Positions 45,356-58,048 of a stretch of DNA of 64,000 nt are shown piece by piece. This DNA comes from Anthoceros angustus (Eukaryota > Plantae > Anthocerotophyta): the NCBI GenBank assembly GCA_010909165.1, contig MU008173.1, forward strand, positions 992,001 through 1,056,000, in the 5' to 3' direction. Below the pieces are notes generated by a model that was not told the DNA's origin, did not search any database, and saw only the letters and a list, made by a program, of their open reading frames with translations. Each line of letters starts with the position of its first letter. The first letter of the stretch is position 1. Made by a program: the position numbers and the translations under genes.

Positions 45356-47510
45356 CTAAACGTCGATCCCGAAAGTACCAACGGCCCCGAGTATGTCGTG
45401 GTTAGAGATAAGAAAAGGCCTACCTCTGATTGGAGCCGTTGATGCCACATCTCCCGTGCTCATTGCCGTCCAGTAAACAGCGTTGGCGAATGCCCTCCGT
45501 AGGGCGATGGAAACCCGTTGTCGAAAGAAAGCCACCATAGAGGAAAGGGGGAGATCCACCCCGTTTTCGTCGATCGTGGTAGGCTTTAGCACAATCCTGT
45601 ATGAGTTGTCCGAAATCCTTGCCCATGGCCCCGTGGGTCTCGATGGCGAGGGGAATGAAGGCATGGCCGTCCTGCATAGGCGTCTACTTGTGTACTTTCG
45701 TTTTTGCGCATCCCTCCCCCGCCCAAACTGGAGGGTTGATGATGACATGTTCACAAACGGTGTCCCGGGTAGGGTCCGTTACGATGACATCCACAATAGA
45801 GATTTGATCCTCCCTAGTCAGAAATAGATCCGCCCTGAGTGACATGCCATTGCGCAGGGTGTGTTGGGGTTCCCTATGGAAGAAATCCGCTCTCCTTGGC
45901 CATCGAGAACATGACGTCGCGAACGGCATCATGTGTAGCAATACGCTGCCCTCCAGCTGGATAGTGAGCCATGTAGACCCAAAGGCGTCGAGTGGGACCC
46001 CACTGCTGCAAGATGATAAAGAACAGGCCAAAGGCTGGACCAAGCCCGGGCGGAACCTCATCGTGGTAGAAAAAGAGGCTGATGCGATTCGGAAAGCCTG
46101 GATGCATGGTTGAGCCAGAAGCCAGTAGCCCTTTCCCTTCCCTCAGCAAGAGCAAAGGCGAGGCCAAGCAAGCCGGGGAATAGTAGAATCCAAAAGAAGG
46201 GTTCTCTGTGCCTGCCCGAACTGCTTCTCCTAAAGAGAGGCCTAAAGGCTGTGTAGCCTATCCACAGAAGCATGGCCGCCCTGGCCTCCGAGGATAGGGA
46301 ATCCCTAGCCAACCTTAGGGAAACCTGCAAGGGGAAGGTCCCCTCCTCAACACTTGAGACGAAGGCCTCTAAAATGGGAGAATCTCAGATTAAGAACCAA
46401 AGAGGGCCTAGCTCCTAAGGAAGTCCACTGACGCCGAGGCCTCCATGGCCAGCAAACTAGTGTCCCCGAAGGCTACCGGGTAGGGATGCTTGCCGTCTCG
46501 CCAGACCCTCTACAGCACACTTTAAGGTGCCTGGCCCAATGATGTCCCAACACGCTTGCATAACCTGTTTATCAAACTTCCCCAACCTTGATAGAAAAAT
46601 TCGGGAGGGAGCAACCTTTCTAGTGAGGTACCCTGGCTGACACGCGAAACAGGAAGAAAGGATGCCAAATGTCACATGAGGGTCCCCTAACTAAGAGAGG
46701 TCGCTGATGCGGGCCAATTCCTCCTCTAAAGCAACATCGACAAAACCTTGAATAAAGTCTGGGGGTCCCACTGGAACCCCCCAGACGTGAAGTCCTTGCG
46801 CGGAAGCAATGTTCCCCCCAGGATATTGAAGAAAGGCAGTGATGTCCGACGGGAACCAAACCTTGCACTTCAGGATCTTGACCCTCAAACCCAGGCGGGA
46901 TAGCTCTGAGAAGAAGAGTTCGAACTCTTCCCTAACCTCGTCCCCTGGTCCTAAGATATGAGTGTCATTCACCACGGACGGAAAGAGACACTCCTCGAAC
47001 GTGGAGGCAGTAGTGGATAGTGTCTTAAAGGGCGTCATGACGAAGAGGGCACCCCCAAGGGGTCCCTCTGCCGGTCGTCGAATCGACGGAAAGAGACACT
47101 CCTCGAACGTGGAGGCAGTAGTGGATAGTGTCTTAAAGGGCGTCATGACGAAGAGGGCACCCCCAAGGGGTCCCCCTGTCTCGTGCCAGTCGTCGAATCA
47201 AGTACGGAAACCCCTTCCGTAGATGGTTCATGCTGAATTAATGTAGAGGTTAGACGGAAAATCGCAGAAAGAGCGGACAAATAGAATAAGACTTGCCAGG
47301 TGCCTGCCAGCATCCTTGAGCTCCATAATAATAGGCATCCTAGAAACATTGTTGAAAGCATTCTCGACGTCCAACTGCAAGACAACCCAATCCGGAGGAA
47401 CCTCGACTCCAAATGCTGCTGACTCACAGCCCCCCGGAGTGGCAATCCCAAATTGATGGGGGCAAAGGTGCATGTCATGACACGGAGCGGTGCGTCTACA
47501 GATATCCAGG
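45356..47510 (-). mobile_element. 5'-truncated, degenerate non-LTR retrotransposon, CRE-like (RT + Cys/His motif + restriction-like endonuclease)
   Basis: RT: HLCPHQFGIATPGGCE, DWVVLQLDVENAFNNVSR, TTGTRQGDPLGGALF, VVNDTHILG, GLHVWGVPVG. C-terminus: GGQRIATHDAVRDVM, RADL..IVDVIVTDP..AKTKVHK, FIPLAIETHGAMG. Internal 108-bp-period tandem duplication at 46977-47176. Confidence 0.78.
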
Positions 47511-48257
47511 TTAATGTGTGTATGTGCACCATGCGCATGGTCGGCATGGTATGTGTTCCTGTGAGCATGTGTGACATGTGCGATATGTGGTGTATGTGTG
47601 ACTGGTGTGTGAGGACAGCGGGCATCAAGGGAACGAATCGGCTGTGAGTCACGGCGGCATTATTGCCCAAACGCCGGCAGCGGGCAATATGGCACGATTT
47701 CGGATTGAGCGTCACGGCGCCCGATGCGGGCGCCCGCGATTCAGCGAGAACGCCGAGTGCGTAGGTAGATAAAAGGGGCATAGGTCGTGTAGAAAGTCGG
47801 ATTGCTGATGTTTGTTCGATTGGGCAGCCATACGGATCCCAAGGGGTTTTTCCGTGCATGAGCTTTGGTAAAGGGGCAGTGACGGGTTTGTGCCTGGACA
47901 GGACAAGAACTGTCACATTTTGCACATCAGCAATCCCTTACAAAGCTCAGCCTGGCAGTTGTGCGCGTCAAAGAGCGGCGGAGCACCCAGGCGGAACGCC
48001 GACGGAAGAACCGTGACCCACTCGAGATAAGTCAATGGTGGAGATTGCTGAGAATGCTATAGATTATTCTGTGCTGTTTTATGCGGGTCGATCCATTCTT
48101 CACCTAGCCGCCTTGGCGGAACTAGAACCTCGTGCATGGCGGGCATGGGACGAAGTGATTGACAAGTGGCACAGCTAGCGGATTGGGTGAAGGCACCAAC
48201 ACTGACTTTGATGGAATGCCGTACATAGTCTCTCGCAGGGGAAGAGAGTGAGAGGGT

Positions 48258-51200
48258 GATGGTGTTCTTGCGCTCTGGCTGGACAAACGAGAATACACCT
48301 ATCCAAGAAGCTCGCATCCCATTCAAAGATCCATCGCCCCATGATTAGGAGGTCGATTCGAGTGGAGTCAAAGTCCCATTCGCCCATCGCATTTGAAGAA
48401 AGTGGTGGCGGAGCAAGAATGGAGTACGAGTCGGCGCCCAACAAAACGATGTGTTCACCGGTCGGCATGGTAGCATGTCGCTTGCCGACTTTGAAGAGAA
48501 GTTCAGGTGGGCAATCGATGAGATGGTGCTCAAATACAAATCGAGTTCACACCCGAGATGGCGAAAATGAGCACTTTCCTAGCGGAGAAGCGCCGACTTT
48601 GAAGAAAGTGGTGGAGCTAAGGAAAAGGACCAAATTTTGCAGGATGCACGGACTTTGGCGAGGGCGAGAAGGGCCAAGAAGGCGTCAAAGGGAAGTGAAG
48701 AGGAAGAGGCGTCAAGCTCCATGCAAGGTGATGCAATCACGTATTTAGTGGATGAAATGTTTGCCAAGTTTGGGGAGATGTTTTCGGTGTCCTCCATAGA
48801 AAAGATCCAAGAACTGTCAAAGTTCGTCATCAAGCCCAATGAACCTCTCAGGTCCGCCTATCTGAGGCTAAGGCAACTGGTGAAGGACACACGGGTGAAG
48901 ACGATGCGGGAAGCCGCCCAAATATACATAGCCGCGCTTCCGGGCAGGCAAAGGAGAGTGATTGCCAATTTCCTTCACATGATGCACGGTGCTGATTATG
49001 AGTTGGAGCAGGCCTACGAGATGGCTGAAAGGGTCATGAAAGGTGATGCTGTGACCAGCGCGTACTGGGAAGAACATAACCTGGTCAGGACGCATCAACC
49101 TGCCTCGAACACGCACCGGTTTCAAGGAAGAAATATGCCTCGGGAGACGCAGCAAGCGCTATGCGAGGAGTTCACCCGCTAAGGAGAGTGCGATCAAGGC
49201 AGCCACCACCAAGGCAACGGTGAAGTGCCTACGCTGCAGGGGGCCGCACAAAGCTTACGAGTGCGAATATCGACTCGGTGGAGCTAAGGAAAAGGAGGCA
49301 TGCAGAGCCTGTGCCAAGACAGGGCACACGGAGGCAGCATGCTGGCAGGCCCACCCCGAGCTTAAGCCTAGGGCGTCTGGTGAGCGGGTCGCCGACAAAG
49401 CTAGGCCGACAGTGGGTTATACCCGGAAAGCCTTGCTTAGCGAAGTACATAGGCTGCAAGAACAGTTGGCAATTGGCATGAGTGCGACTGGGAGTCCTGC
49501 TGCCGAGAATGCTATAGATTATTCTGCGGCCGCTTTTATGCGGGTCGATCCATTCTTCACCTAGCCGCCTTGGCGGAACTAGAACCCGCACTGCGGGTAG
49601 ATTGTGGGACGGCAGTGATTGACAAGTCGGCCCGGCTAGCGGATTGACCGGGAGGCACCAACACTCACTTTGATGGAATGCCGCATATAGTCTCGCAGGG
49701 AAGAGAGTGAGAGGGTGATGGTGTTCTTGCGCCTGGTGGACAAACGAGAATACACCCATCCAAGAAGCTCGCAGTCCGCCATTCAAAGATCCATCGCCCA
49801 CCGATTAGGAGGTCGATTCGAGTGGAGTCAAAGTCCCATTCGCCCATCGCATTTGAAGAAAGTGGTGAGCAAGAATGGAGTACGAGTCGGCGCCAAAGAA
49901 AACGATGTGTTCACCGGCAAGATAGTAGCATGTCTCTTGCCGACTTTGAAGAGAAGTTCGTGGGCAATCGATGAGATGGTGCTCAAATACAAGTCCGAGT
50001 TCACACCCGAGATGGCATCGAGAAAATGAGCACTTTCCTAGCGGAGAAGCGCCGACTTGTTACGGACCGAAGGACCAAATTTTGGCAGAAGGGCCAAGAA
50101 GGCCAAAGGGAAGTGAAGAGGAAGAGGCGTCAAGCTCCATGCAAGGTGATGCAATCACGTATTTAGTGGATGAAATGTTTGCCAAGTTTGGGGAGATGTT
50201 TCCTGTCCTCCATAGAAAAGATCCAAGAACTGTCAAAGTTCGTCATCAAGCCCAATGAACCTCTCAGTCCGCCTATCCGAGGCTAAGGCAACCGTGAAGG
50301 ACACACGGTGAAGACGATGCGAAGCCGCCCAAATATACATAGCCGCGCAGGCAAAGGCAAGGAGAGTGATTGCCAACTTCCTTCACATGATGCACGGTGC
50401 TGATTATGAGTTGGAGCAGGCCTACGAGATGGCTGAAAGGGTCATGAAAGGTGATGCCGTGACCAGCGCATCGGAAGAACATAACCGTCGACGCATCAAC
50501 CCGCCTCGAACACGCACCGGTTTCAAGGAAGAAATATGCCTGGGAGACGCAGCAAGCGCTATGCGAGGAGTTCACCCGCTAAGGAGAGTGCGATCAAGGC
50601 AGCCACCACCAAGGCAACGTGAAGTGCCTACGCCAGGGGCCGCACAAAGCTTACGAGTGCGAATATCGACTCGGTGGAGCTAAGGAAAAGGAGGCATGCG
50701 AGCTTGTGCCAAGACAGGCACACGGAGGCAAAGGAGGCGTGGTGCCCGGACTTTGGCGGGCCCGAGCTTAAGCCTAGGGCGCCCGTGAGCGGTCGCCGAC
50801 AAAGCTAGGCCGAGTGGGTTACACCGAAAGCCTTAGCGAAGTACACAGGCTGCAAGAACAGTTGGCAATTGGCATGAGTGCGACTGGGAGTCCTGCTGCC
50901 GAGAATACACCCATCCAAGAAGCTCGCAGTCCCGCCATTCAGTATCCATCAGTCTACAGATTAGGAGGTCGATTCGAGTGGAGTCAAAGTCCCATTCGCC
51001 CCATCGCATTTGAAGAAAGTGGTGGCGGAGCAAGAATGGAGTACGAGTCGGCGCCCAGCAAAAACGATGTGTTCACCGGTCGGCATGGTAGCATGTCGCT
51101 TGCCGACTTTGAAGAGAAGTTCAGGTGGGCAATCGATGAGATGGTGCTCAAATACAAATCGAGTTCACCCGAGATGGCATCGAGAAAATGAGCACTTTCC

Positions 51201-52020
51201 TAGCGGGCCGACTTGTTCTGAGGAAAAGGACCAAATTTTGCGGGATGCGGACTTTGGCGAGGCGAGAAGGGCCAAGAAGGCGTCAAAGGAAGTGAAGAGG
51301 AAGAGGCGTCAAGCTCCATGCAAGGTGATGCAATCACGTATTTAGTGGATGAAATGTTTGCCAAGTTTGGGGAGATGTTTTGTGTCCTCCATAGAAAAGA
51401 TCCAAGAAGCTCAAAGTTCGTCATCAAGCCCAATGAACCTCTCAGTCCGCCTATCCGAGGCTAAGGCAAGTGAAGGACACACGGTGAAGACGATGCGGAA
51501 GCCGCCCAAATATACATAGCCGCTTGGCGGCAAGGAGAGTGATTGCCAACTTCCTTCACATGATGCACGTGCTGATTATGAGTTGGAGCAGGCCTACGAG
51601 ATGGCGAAGGGTCATGAAAGGTGATGCCGTGACCAGCGCATCTTGGGGAAGAACATAACCGTCGACGCATCAACCCGCCTCGAACACGCACCGGTTTCAA
51701 GGAAGAAATATGCCTCGGAGACGACGCAGCAAGCGCTATGCGAGGAGTTCACCCGCTAAGGAGAGTGCGATCAGCACCACCACCAAGGCAACGGTGAAGT
51801 GCTTGCGGGGGGCCGCACAAAGCTTACGAGTGCGAATATCGACTCGGTGGAGCTAAGGAAAAGGAGGCGTGCAGAGCTTGTGCCAAGACAGGGCACACGG
51901 AGGCAGCATTCTGGCAGGCCCACCCCGAGTTTAAGCCTAGGGCGTCTGGTGAGCGGGTCGCCGACAAAGCTAGAGGCAGTGGGTTACAAAGCCTTGCTTA
52001 GCGGCACATAGGCGCAAGAA
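48258..52020 (+). pseudogene. Three tandem gag-like segments (~48258-49560, ~49715-50900, ~50900-52020). A fourth lies at ~53553-54570
   Basis: Repeated KNDVFTG..MSLADFEEKFRWAIDEMV, GDAITYLVDEMFAKFGE, and a double zinc knuckle CLRCRGPHKAYEC...CRACAKTGHTEAAC. Confidence 0.78.
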
Positions 52021-52312
52021 CAGCTTGGCAATTGGCATGAGTGCGACGAGTCCAAGTGCGCCTGTCAAGAATACGACTCGGACACGGTGTACGCATTGAT
52101 GGCCCCAAGGGCAATGGACGCATGAGCTTGGGGAATTCTATTCAAAGAAAGAAGTCCGAGGAAGAAACCAACTCAAGATGCCCAAGTCCTTGAGCAGTGA
52201 GGAGAATGAAGGAGTGTCGTCTCAAGCTAAGAAGGCATCAAGTCAAGTCCTCCTTGAACGGGCAATGGATGCACCCGGTGAGCGGTCGCCGACAAAGCTA
52301 GGCCGACAGTAG

Positions 52313-53100
52313 GTGAAAGCCTTGCTTAGCGGGCACATAGGCCGCAAGAACAGCTTGGCAATTGGCATGAGTGCGACCGAGTGCGCCTGTCAAGAATACG
52401 ACTCGGACCAAGTATACGCATTGATGGCCCCAAGGGCGTGGACGCATGAGCTTGGGGAATTCTATTCAAAGAAAGAAGTCCGAGGAAGAAACCAACTCAA
52501 GATGCCCAAGTCCTTCGTGCAGAGTGAGGAGAATGAAGGAGTGTCGCCTCAAGCTAAGAAGGCATGGCGTCAAATCCTCCTTGAAAGGGCAATGGATGCA
52601 CCCATGGTGAGCCTGCGAGATCTGGGAGTAAGAACACAACCTTTCAAGCAAGTCATGCAAGCCTGGATGAGGAAGGAGTCTATGGAAGGAGGCGTGGTGC
52701 CTGGATTGGCTAGTTTACGAGGAGAGCATCTGAAACCAACAGCGCGAGGCAAAGGAGGCATCGCCATGGTGAACAATCAGAACCGGGAAGTCACCGTTGA
52801 TGGCTTCGCACCAGAATGCGTGTTGGTCGACACCGGTGCGGATCCGGTGTTGCTTGGAGCAAGGGTGCAGCAGGCGCTTCAGCTGTATGGAAGTAAGCTG
52901 AAGCCATGCGAGGTGCGCATCACCACCTCCGCAGGGACTAAGGAGCAGGTGATGGGCATAACCCGCGATCCAGTACGAATTGAGCTCAAACCCGCATCAA
53001 GATTCCACCGCCATCGGCACGATGCTTGGTGTCCGATGCCGACGTGTTGCTCGGTCGATGCCACTCATGGTCCGGCGATGGGGTGGACCCATTGCACTCG
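52313..53100 (+). pseudogene. Retroviral-type aspartic protease region (damaged second copy at ~54570-55200)
   Basis: ECVLVDTGADPVLLG, with the catalytic DTG at 52829-52837. Confidence 0.8.
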
Positions 53101-55639
53101 ATGGCGTTTTACGCGATGGCAAGAGGGAGATTTCACGCATGTAGCAAGGATACCGCTGGACATGTGCCGACGTGATGAGCGTGGGGCCATGATGGCACTC
53201 ACGGCATGTGGCGGCGCGAGGCGAGATATGGGAAGAAACCCAAGAACCGATGAGGGAAGAAGTGCCGAACGGCAAGTAAGGGATGTATGTATATCAAGAA
53301 CACTCCCATGCCGTCACTAGCATTGGCAAGAGAGCATGTTCGAAAGGACAATCAAGGCATGGCGGATGGCGTGGGGCCACACCGCCACATCAATAAGGCG
53401 GAGCTGCGTATCAACAATGAAGTACGAGGGCAAGCGGACGTCCGTGGGATCCACCTCATGGAGCTATGCTCGGCATCGGGTGGAAGCCGTGTTGAAAAGT
53501 GGCTTGCGGGTAAAAAATACACGCGTTGAGTCGGATGAGAAGACACGCGGTGTGAGCAAGAATGGAGTACGAGTCGGCGCCAAAGAAAACGATGTGTTCA
53601 CCGGCAAGATAGTAGCATGTCTCTTGCCGACTTTGAAGAGAAGTTCGTGGGCAATCGATGAGATGGTGCTCAAATACAAGTCCGAGTTCACACCCGAGAT
53701 GGCATCGAGAAAATGAGCACTTTCCTAGCGGAGAAGCGCCGACTTGTTACGGACCGAAGGACCAAATTTTGGCAGAAGGGCCAAGAAGGCCAAAGGAAGT
53801 GAAGAGGAAGAGGCGTCAAGCTCCATGCAAGGTGATGCAATCACGTATTTAGTGGATGAAATGTTTGCCAAGTTTGGGGAGATGTTTCCGGTGTCCTCCA
53901 TAGAAAAGATCCAAGAACTGTCAAAGTTCGTCATCAAGCCCAATGAACCTCTCAGGTCCGCCTATCTGAGGCTAAGGCAACTGGTGAAGGACACACGGGT
54001 GAAGACGATGCGGGAAGCCGCCCAAATATACATAGCCGCGCTTCCGGGCAGGCAAAGGAGAGTGATTGCCAACTTCCTTCACATGATGCACGGTGCTGAT
54101 TATGAGTTGGAGCAGGCCTACGAGATGGCTGAAAGGGTCATGAAAGGTGATGCTGTGACCAGCGCGTACTGGGAAGAACATAACCTGGTCAGGACGCATC
54201 AACCTGCCTCGAACACGCACCGGTTTCAAGGAAGAAATATGCCTCGGGAGACGACGCAGGCAAGCGCTATGCAGAGGAGTTCACCCGCTAAGGAGAGTGC
54301 AGTCAACAGTGCAGCCACCACCAAGGCAACGGTGAAGTGCCTACGCTGCAGGGGGCCGCACAAAGCTTACGAGTGCGAATATCGACTCGGTGGAGCTAAG
54401 GAAAAGGAGGCGTGCAGAGCCTGTGCCAAGACAGGCACACGGAGGCAAGACGGGCAGCCCACCCCGAGTTTAAGCCTAGGGCGCCCGTGAGCGGTCGCCG
54501 ACAAAGTGCGGGTTATACCCGGAAAGCCTTGCTTAGCGAAGTACATAGGCTGCAAGAACAGTTGGCAATGGCATGAGTGCGACAGGGAGTCCAAGTGCGC
54601 CTGTCGAAGAATACGACTCGGACACGGAAGTATACGCATTGATGGCCCCAAGGGCAGCGGACGGCATGAGCTTGGGGAATTCTATTCAAAGAAAGAAGTC
54701 TGAGGAAAGAAACCAGCTCAAGATGCCCAAGTCCTTCAGGCAGAGTGAGGAGAATGAAGGAGTGTCGTCTCAAGCTAAGAAGGCATCAAGTGCCGAAGTC
54801 CTCCTTGAACGGGCAATGGATGCACCCATGGTGAGCCTGCAAGATCTGGGAGTAAGAGCACAACCTTTCAAGCAAGTTATGCAAGCTTGGATAAGGAAGG
54901 AGTCTCTGGAAGGAGGCGTGGTGCCTGGACTGGCTAGTTTACGAGGAGAGCATCTGAAACCAACAGGCAAAGGAGGCATCGCCATGGTGAACAATCGTAA
55001 CCGGAAATCACCGTTAATGGTTTCGCACTGACGCGTTGGTCGACACCGCGGATCCGGTGTTACTAGGGGCAGGCAGCAGCGCCACCGTATGGAAGTAAGC
55101 CATGCGAGGTGCGCATCACCACCTCCGCAGGACTAAGGAGCAGTGATGGGCATAACCCGCGATCCAATACGGATTGAGCTCAAACCCGCATCAAGATTCC
55201 ACCGCCATCGGCACGATGCTTGGTGTCCGATGCCGACGTGTTGCTCGGTCGATGCCACTCATGGTCCGGCGATGGGGTGGACCCATTGCACTCGATGGCG
55301 TTTTACGCGATGGCAAGAGGGAGATTTCACGCATGTAGCAAGGATACCGCTGGACATGTGCCGACGTGATGAGCGTGGGGCCATGATGGCACTCACGGCA
55401 TGTGGCGGCGCGAGGCGAGATATGGGAAGAAACCCAAGAACCGATGAGGGAAGAAGTGCCAGACGAACGGCAAGTAAGGGAATGTATGTATATCAAGAGC
55501 ACTCCCATGCTGTCACTAGCATTGGCAAGAGAGCATGTTCGAAAGGACAATCAAGGCATGGCGGATGGCGTGGGGCCACACCGCCACATCAATAAGGCGG
55601 AGCTGCGTATCAACAATGACGTAGTACGAGGGCAAGCGG

Positions 55640-56600
55640 ACGTCCGTGGGATCCACCTCATGGAGCTATGCTCCGGCATCAGCAGCGGGCTGGAAGCCGT
55701 GTTGAAAAGTGGCTTGCGGGTAAAAAAATACACGTGCGTTGAGTCGGATGAGAAGACGCGTGCGGTGGCCAGAGCAAGAATTGTTAGATTGCAAAGGAAG
55801 TATCCTGAATTGCTGAGCATCGAAGCAATCAAGGGTTGTCAAAGCAGAGTGCCCCCGGACATCATGTTGGTGGGGAAACGACAGCTTGAGGCAATCAGGT
55901 GTCGTGTGGACATGCTAATCGCAGGATGGGAGAGTCGAACTTTTTCCAGAGCCGGGCGCGGTTATGGCAACAGTGTAGAGATGGCCGCCGAGGTGATCCG
56001 AATCCTAAGGGAAGTGCAGTTGCGCAATCCAAGTTGCTGGTACATTTTGGAGAATGTATGTGGGGCATTTGATAAACGTGAGAACGTCAGGAGGGACTAT
56101 GAGCAGCTCAGGTGATGGTTGGGTGAAGAATTCATCATCGATGCAGCCCAGACTGGGTCATATGCTCACCGAGTACGGAGCTTTTGGACAAACATGGCTG
56201 AAGTGGAAATTCTCAGGCATTGACGATTCCGGTGGAAAAGTATGTGGATGAAATTCTGGAGGAAGGGCGACGCTCGCAGTCAGTACGCAGAAAGGATAGA
56301 CCGCCACACTTCCCAGTCAACGTAGTAGGTGCCGCCAAGGGCCTGGCCCACACTGGTAAGGACTGCACAATCATATGCGTTCCGAAGGGGAGGGGATGGC
56401 ATGGTGCTGGATGTGAACGGAAATGAAATCGGGGAACCCACCATAAGGGAACGAGAACGGGCCATGGGATTCGATGCAGGCGGTACCTTCACACACGGTA
56501 TTTCCGAAGCATATCGATGCAAACTGGTGGGGCAGGCTTTTGACCTTAACTGCTTACAATGGCTATTAGCTGTGGGCATGGCCACCCAAGTGACCGGGGA
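55640..56600 (+). pseudogene. C5 DNA cytosine methyltransferase domain embedded in the retrotransposon polyprotein. Second copy ~57040-57890, motif I-II fragment ~53440-53550
   Basis: Motif I IHLMELCSGISSGLEAV, motif II VESDEKTR, motif IV VDMLIAGWESRTFSRAG, motif VI YILENV, motif VIII DAAQTGSYAHRVRSFWTN, motifs IX-X PTIRERERAMGFDAG...RCKLVGQAFDLNCL. Frameshifts after ~56110. Confidence 0.85.
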
Positions 56601-58048
56601 TAACAGCTTTTGCCATACTTGCTGAAGGCGACGGTTTTCCAGTAGAGCCAAGCAAGGGGCACCGCGCCATGAACGCCGCGATGGCAAGAGGGAGATTTCA
56701 CGATGTGGCAAGGATACCGCTGGACATGTGCCGACGTGATGAGCGTGGGGCCATGATGGCACTCACAAAGATGTGGCGTAAATCGCGACCAAGCGAGATA
56801 TGGGAAGAAACCCAAGAACTGATGAGGGAGGAAGTGCCAGACGAACGGCAAGTAAGGGAATGTATGTATATCAAGAGCACTCCCATGCTGTCACTAGCAT
56901 TGGCAAGAGAGCGTGTTCGGAAAGGACAGTCCAAGGCATGGCGGATGGCGATGGCGCCGGAGGGTCACGCGCAAAGACCGCCACATCAATAAGGCGGAGC
57001 TGATCAACAATGAAGTAGTACGAGGGCAAGCGGACGTCGTGGGATCCACCTCATGGAGCTATGCTCCCAAGATCGCCGCTGGAAGCCGTGTTGAAAAGTG
57101 GCTTGCGGGTAAAAAAATACACGTGCGTTGAGTCGGATGAGAAGACGCGTGCGGTGGCCAGAGCAAGAATTGTTAGATTGCAAAGGAAGTATCCTGAATT
57201 GCTGAGCATCGAAGCAATCAAGGGTTGTCAAAGCAGATTGCCCCCGGACATCATGTTGGTGGGGAAACGACAGCTTGAGGCAATCAGGTGTCGTGTGGAC
57301 ATGCTAATCGCAGATGGGAGAGTCGAACTTTTCCGAGCCGGGCGCTATGGCAACAGAGATGGCCGAGGTGATCCGAATCCTAAGGCGCAATCCAAGTTGC
57401 CGGTACATTTTGAGAATGTATGTGGGGCATTTGATAAACGTGAGAACGCGAGGGACTATGAGCAGCTCAGCGATGGTTGGGTGAAGAGTTCATCATCGAT
57501 GCAGATCGGGTCATATGCTCACCGAGTACGGAGCTTTTGGACAAACATGGTCAAGTGGAAATTCTCAGCAAAGATTGGCATTGACGATTCCGTGGAAAAG
57601 TATGTGGATGAAATTCTGGAGGAAGGGCGACGCTCACACGAGACGGGATAGACCGCCACACTTCCGATCAACGTAGTGGGTGCCGAAGGGCCCGCCACAC
57701 CGTAAGGACCGCACAATCATATGCTCCGGGAGGGATGGCATGGTGCCGGATGAACTAAATGAAATCGGGAACCCACCATAAGGAACGAACGGGCCATGGG
57801 ATTCGATGCAGGCGGTACCTTCACACATGGTATTTCCGAAGCATATCGGTGCAAACTGGTGGGGCGCTTTTGACCTTAATCGCATAATGGCTATTAGTGT
57901 GGGGCATGGCCACCCAAGTGACCGGGATAATTTTGCTTTGCTTGTCAAGGCGACGGTTTTCCAGTAGAGCCAAGCAAGGGGCACCGCGCCATGAACGCCG
58001 CAATGACAGAAACGCCACCAAGGGACAAAAATGATCTAAGGGAAACAC

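Noticed and set aside
47480-48040. His/Cys-rich ORFs and a possible 5' LTR/PBS at the junction of the two retroelements
   Set aside because: The ORFs come from ATGTG-rich low-complexity sequence. No TG...CA LTR pair, PBS or target-site duplication could be identified.
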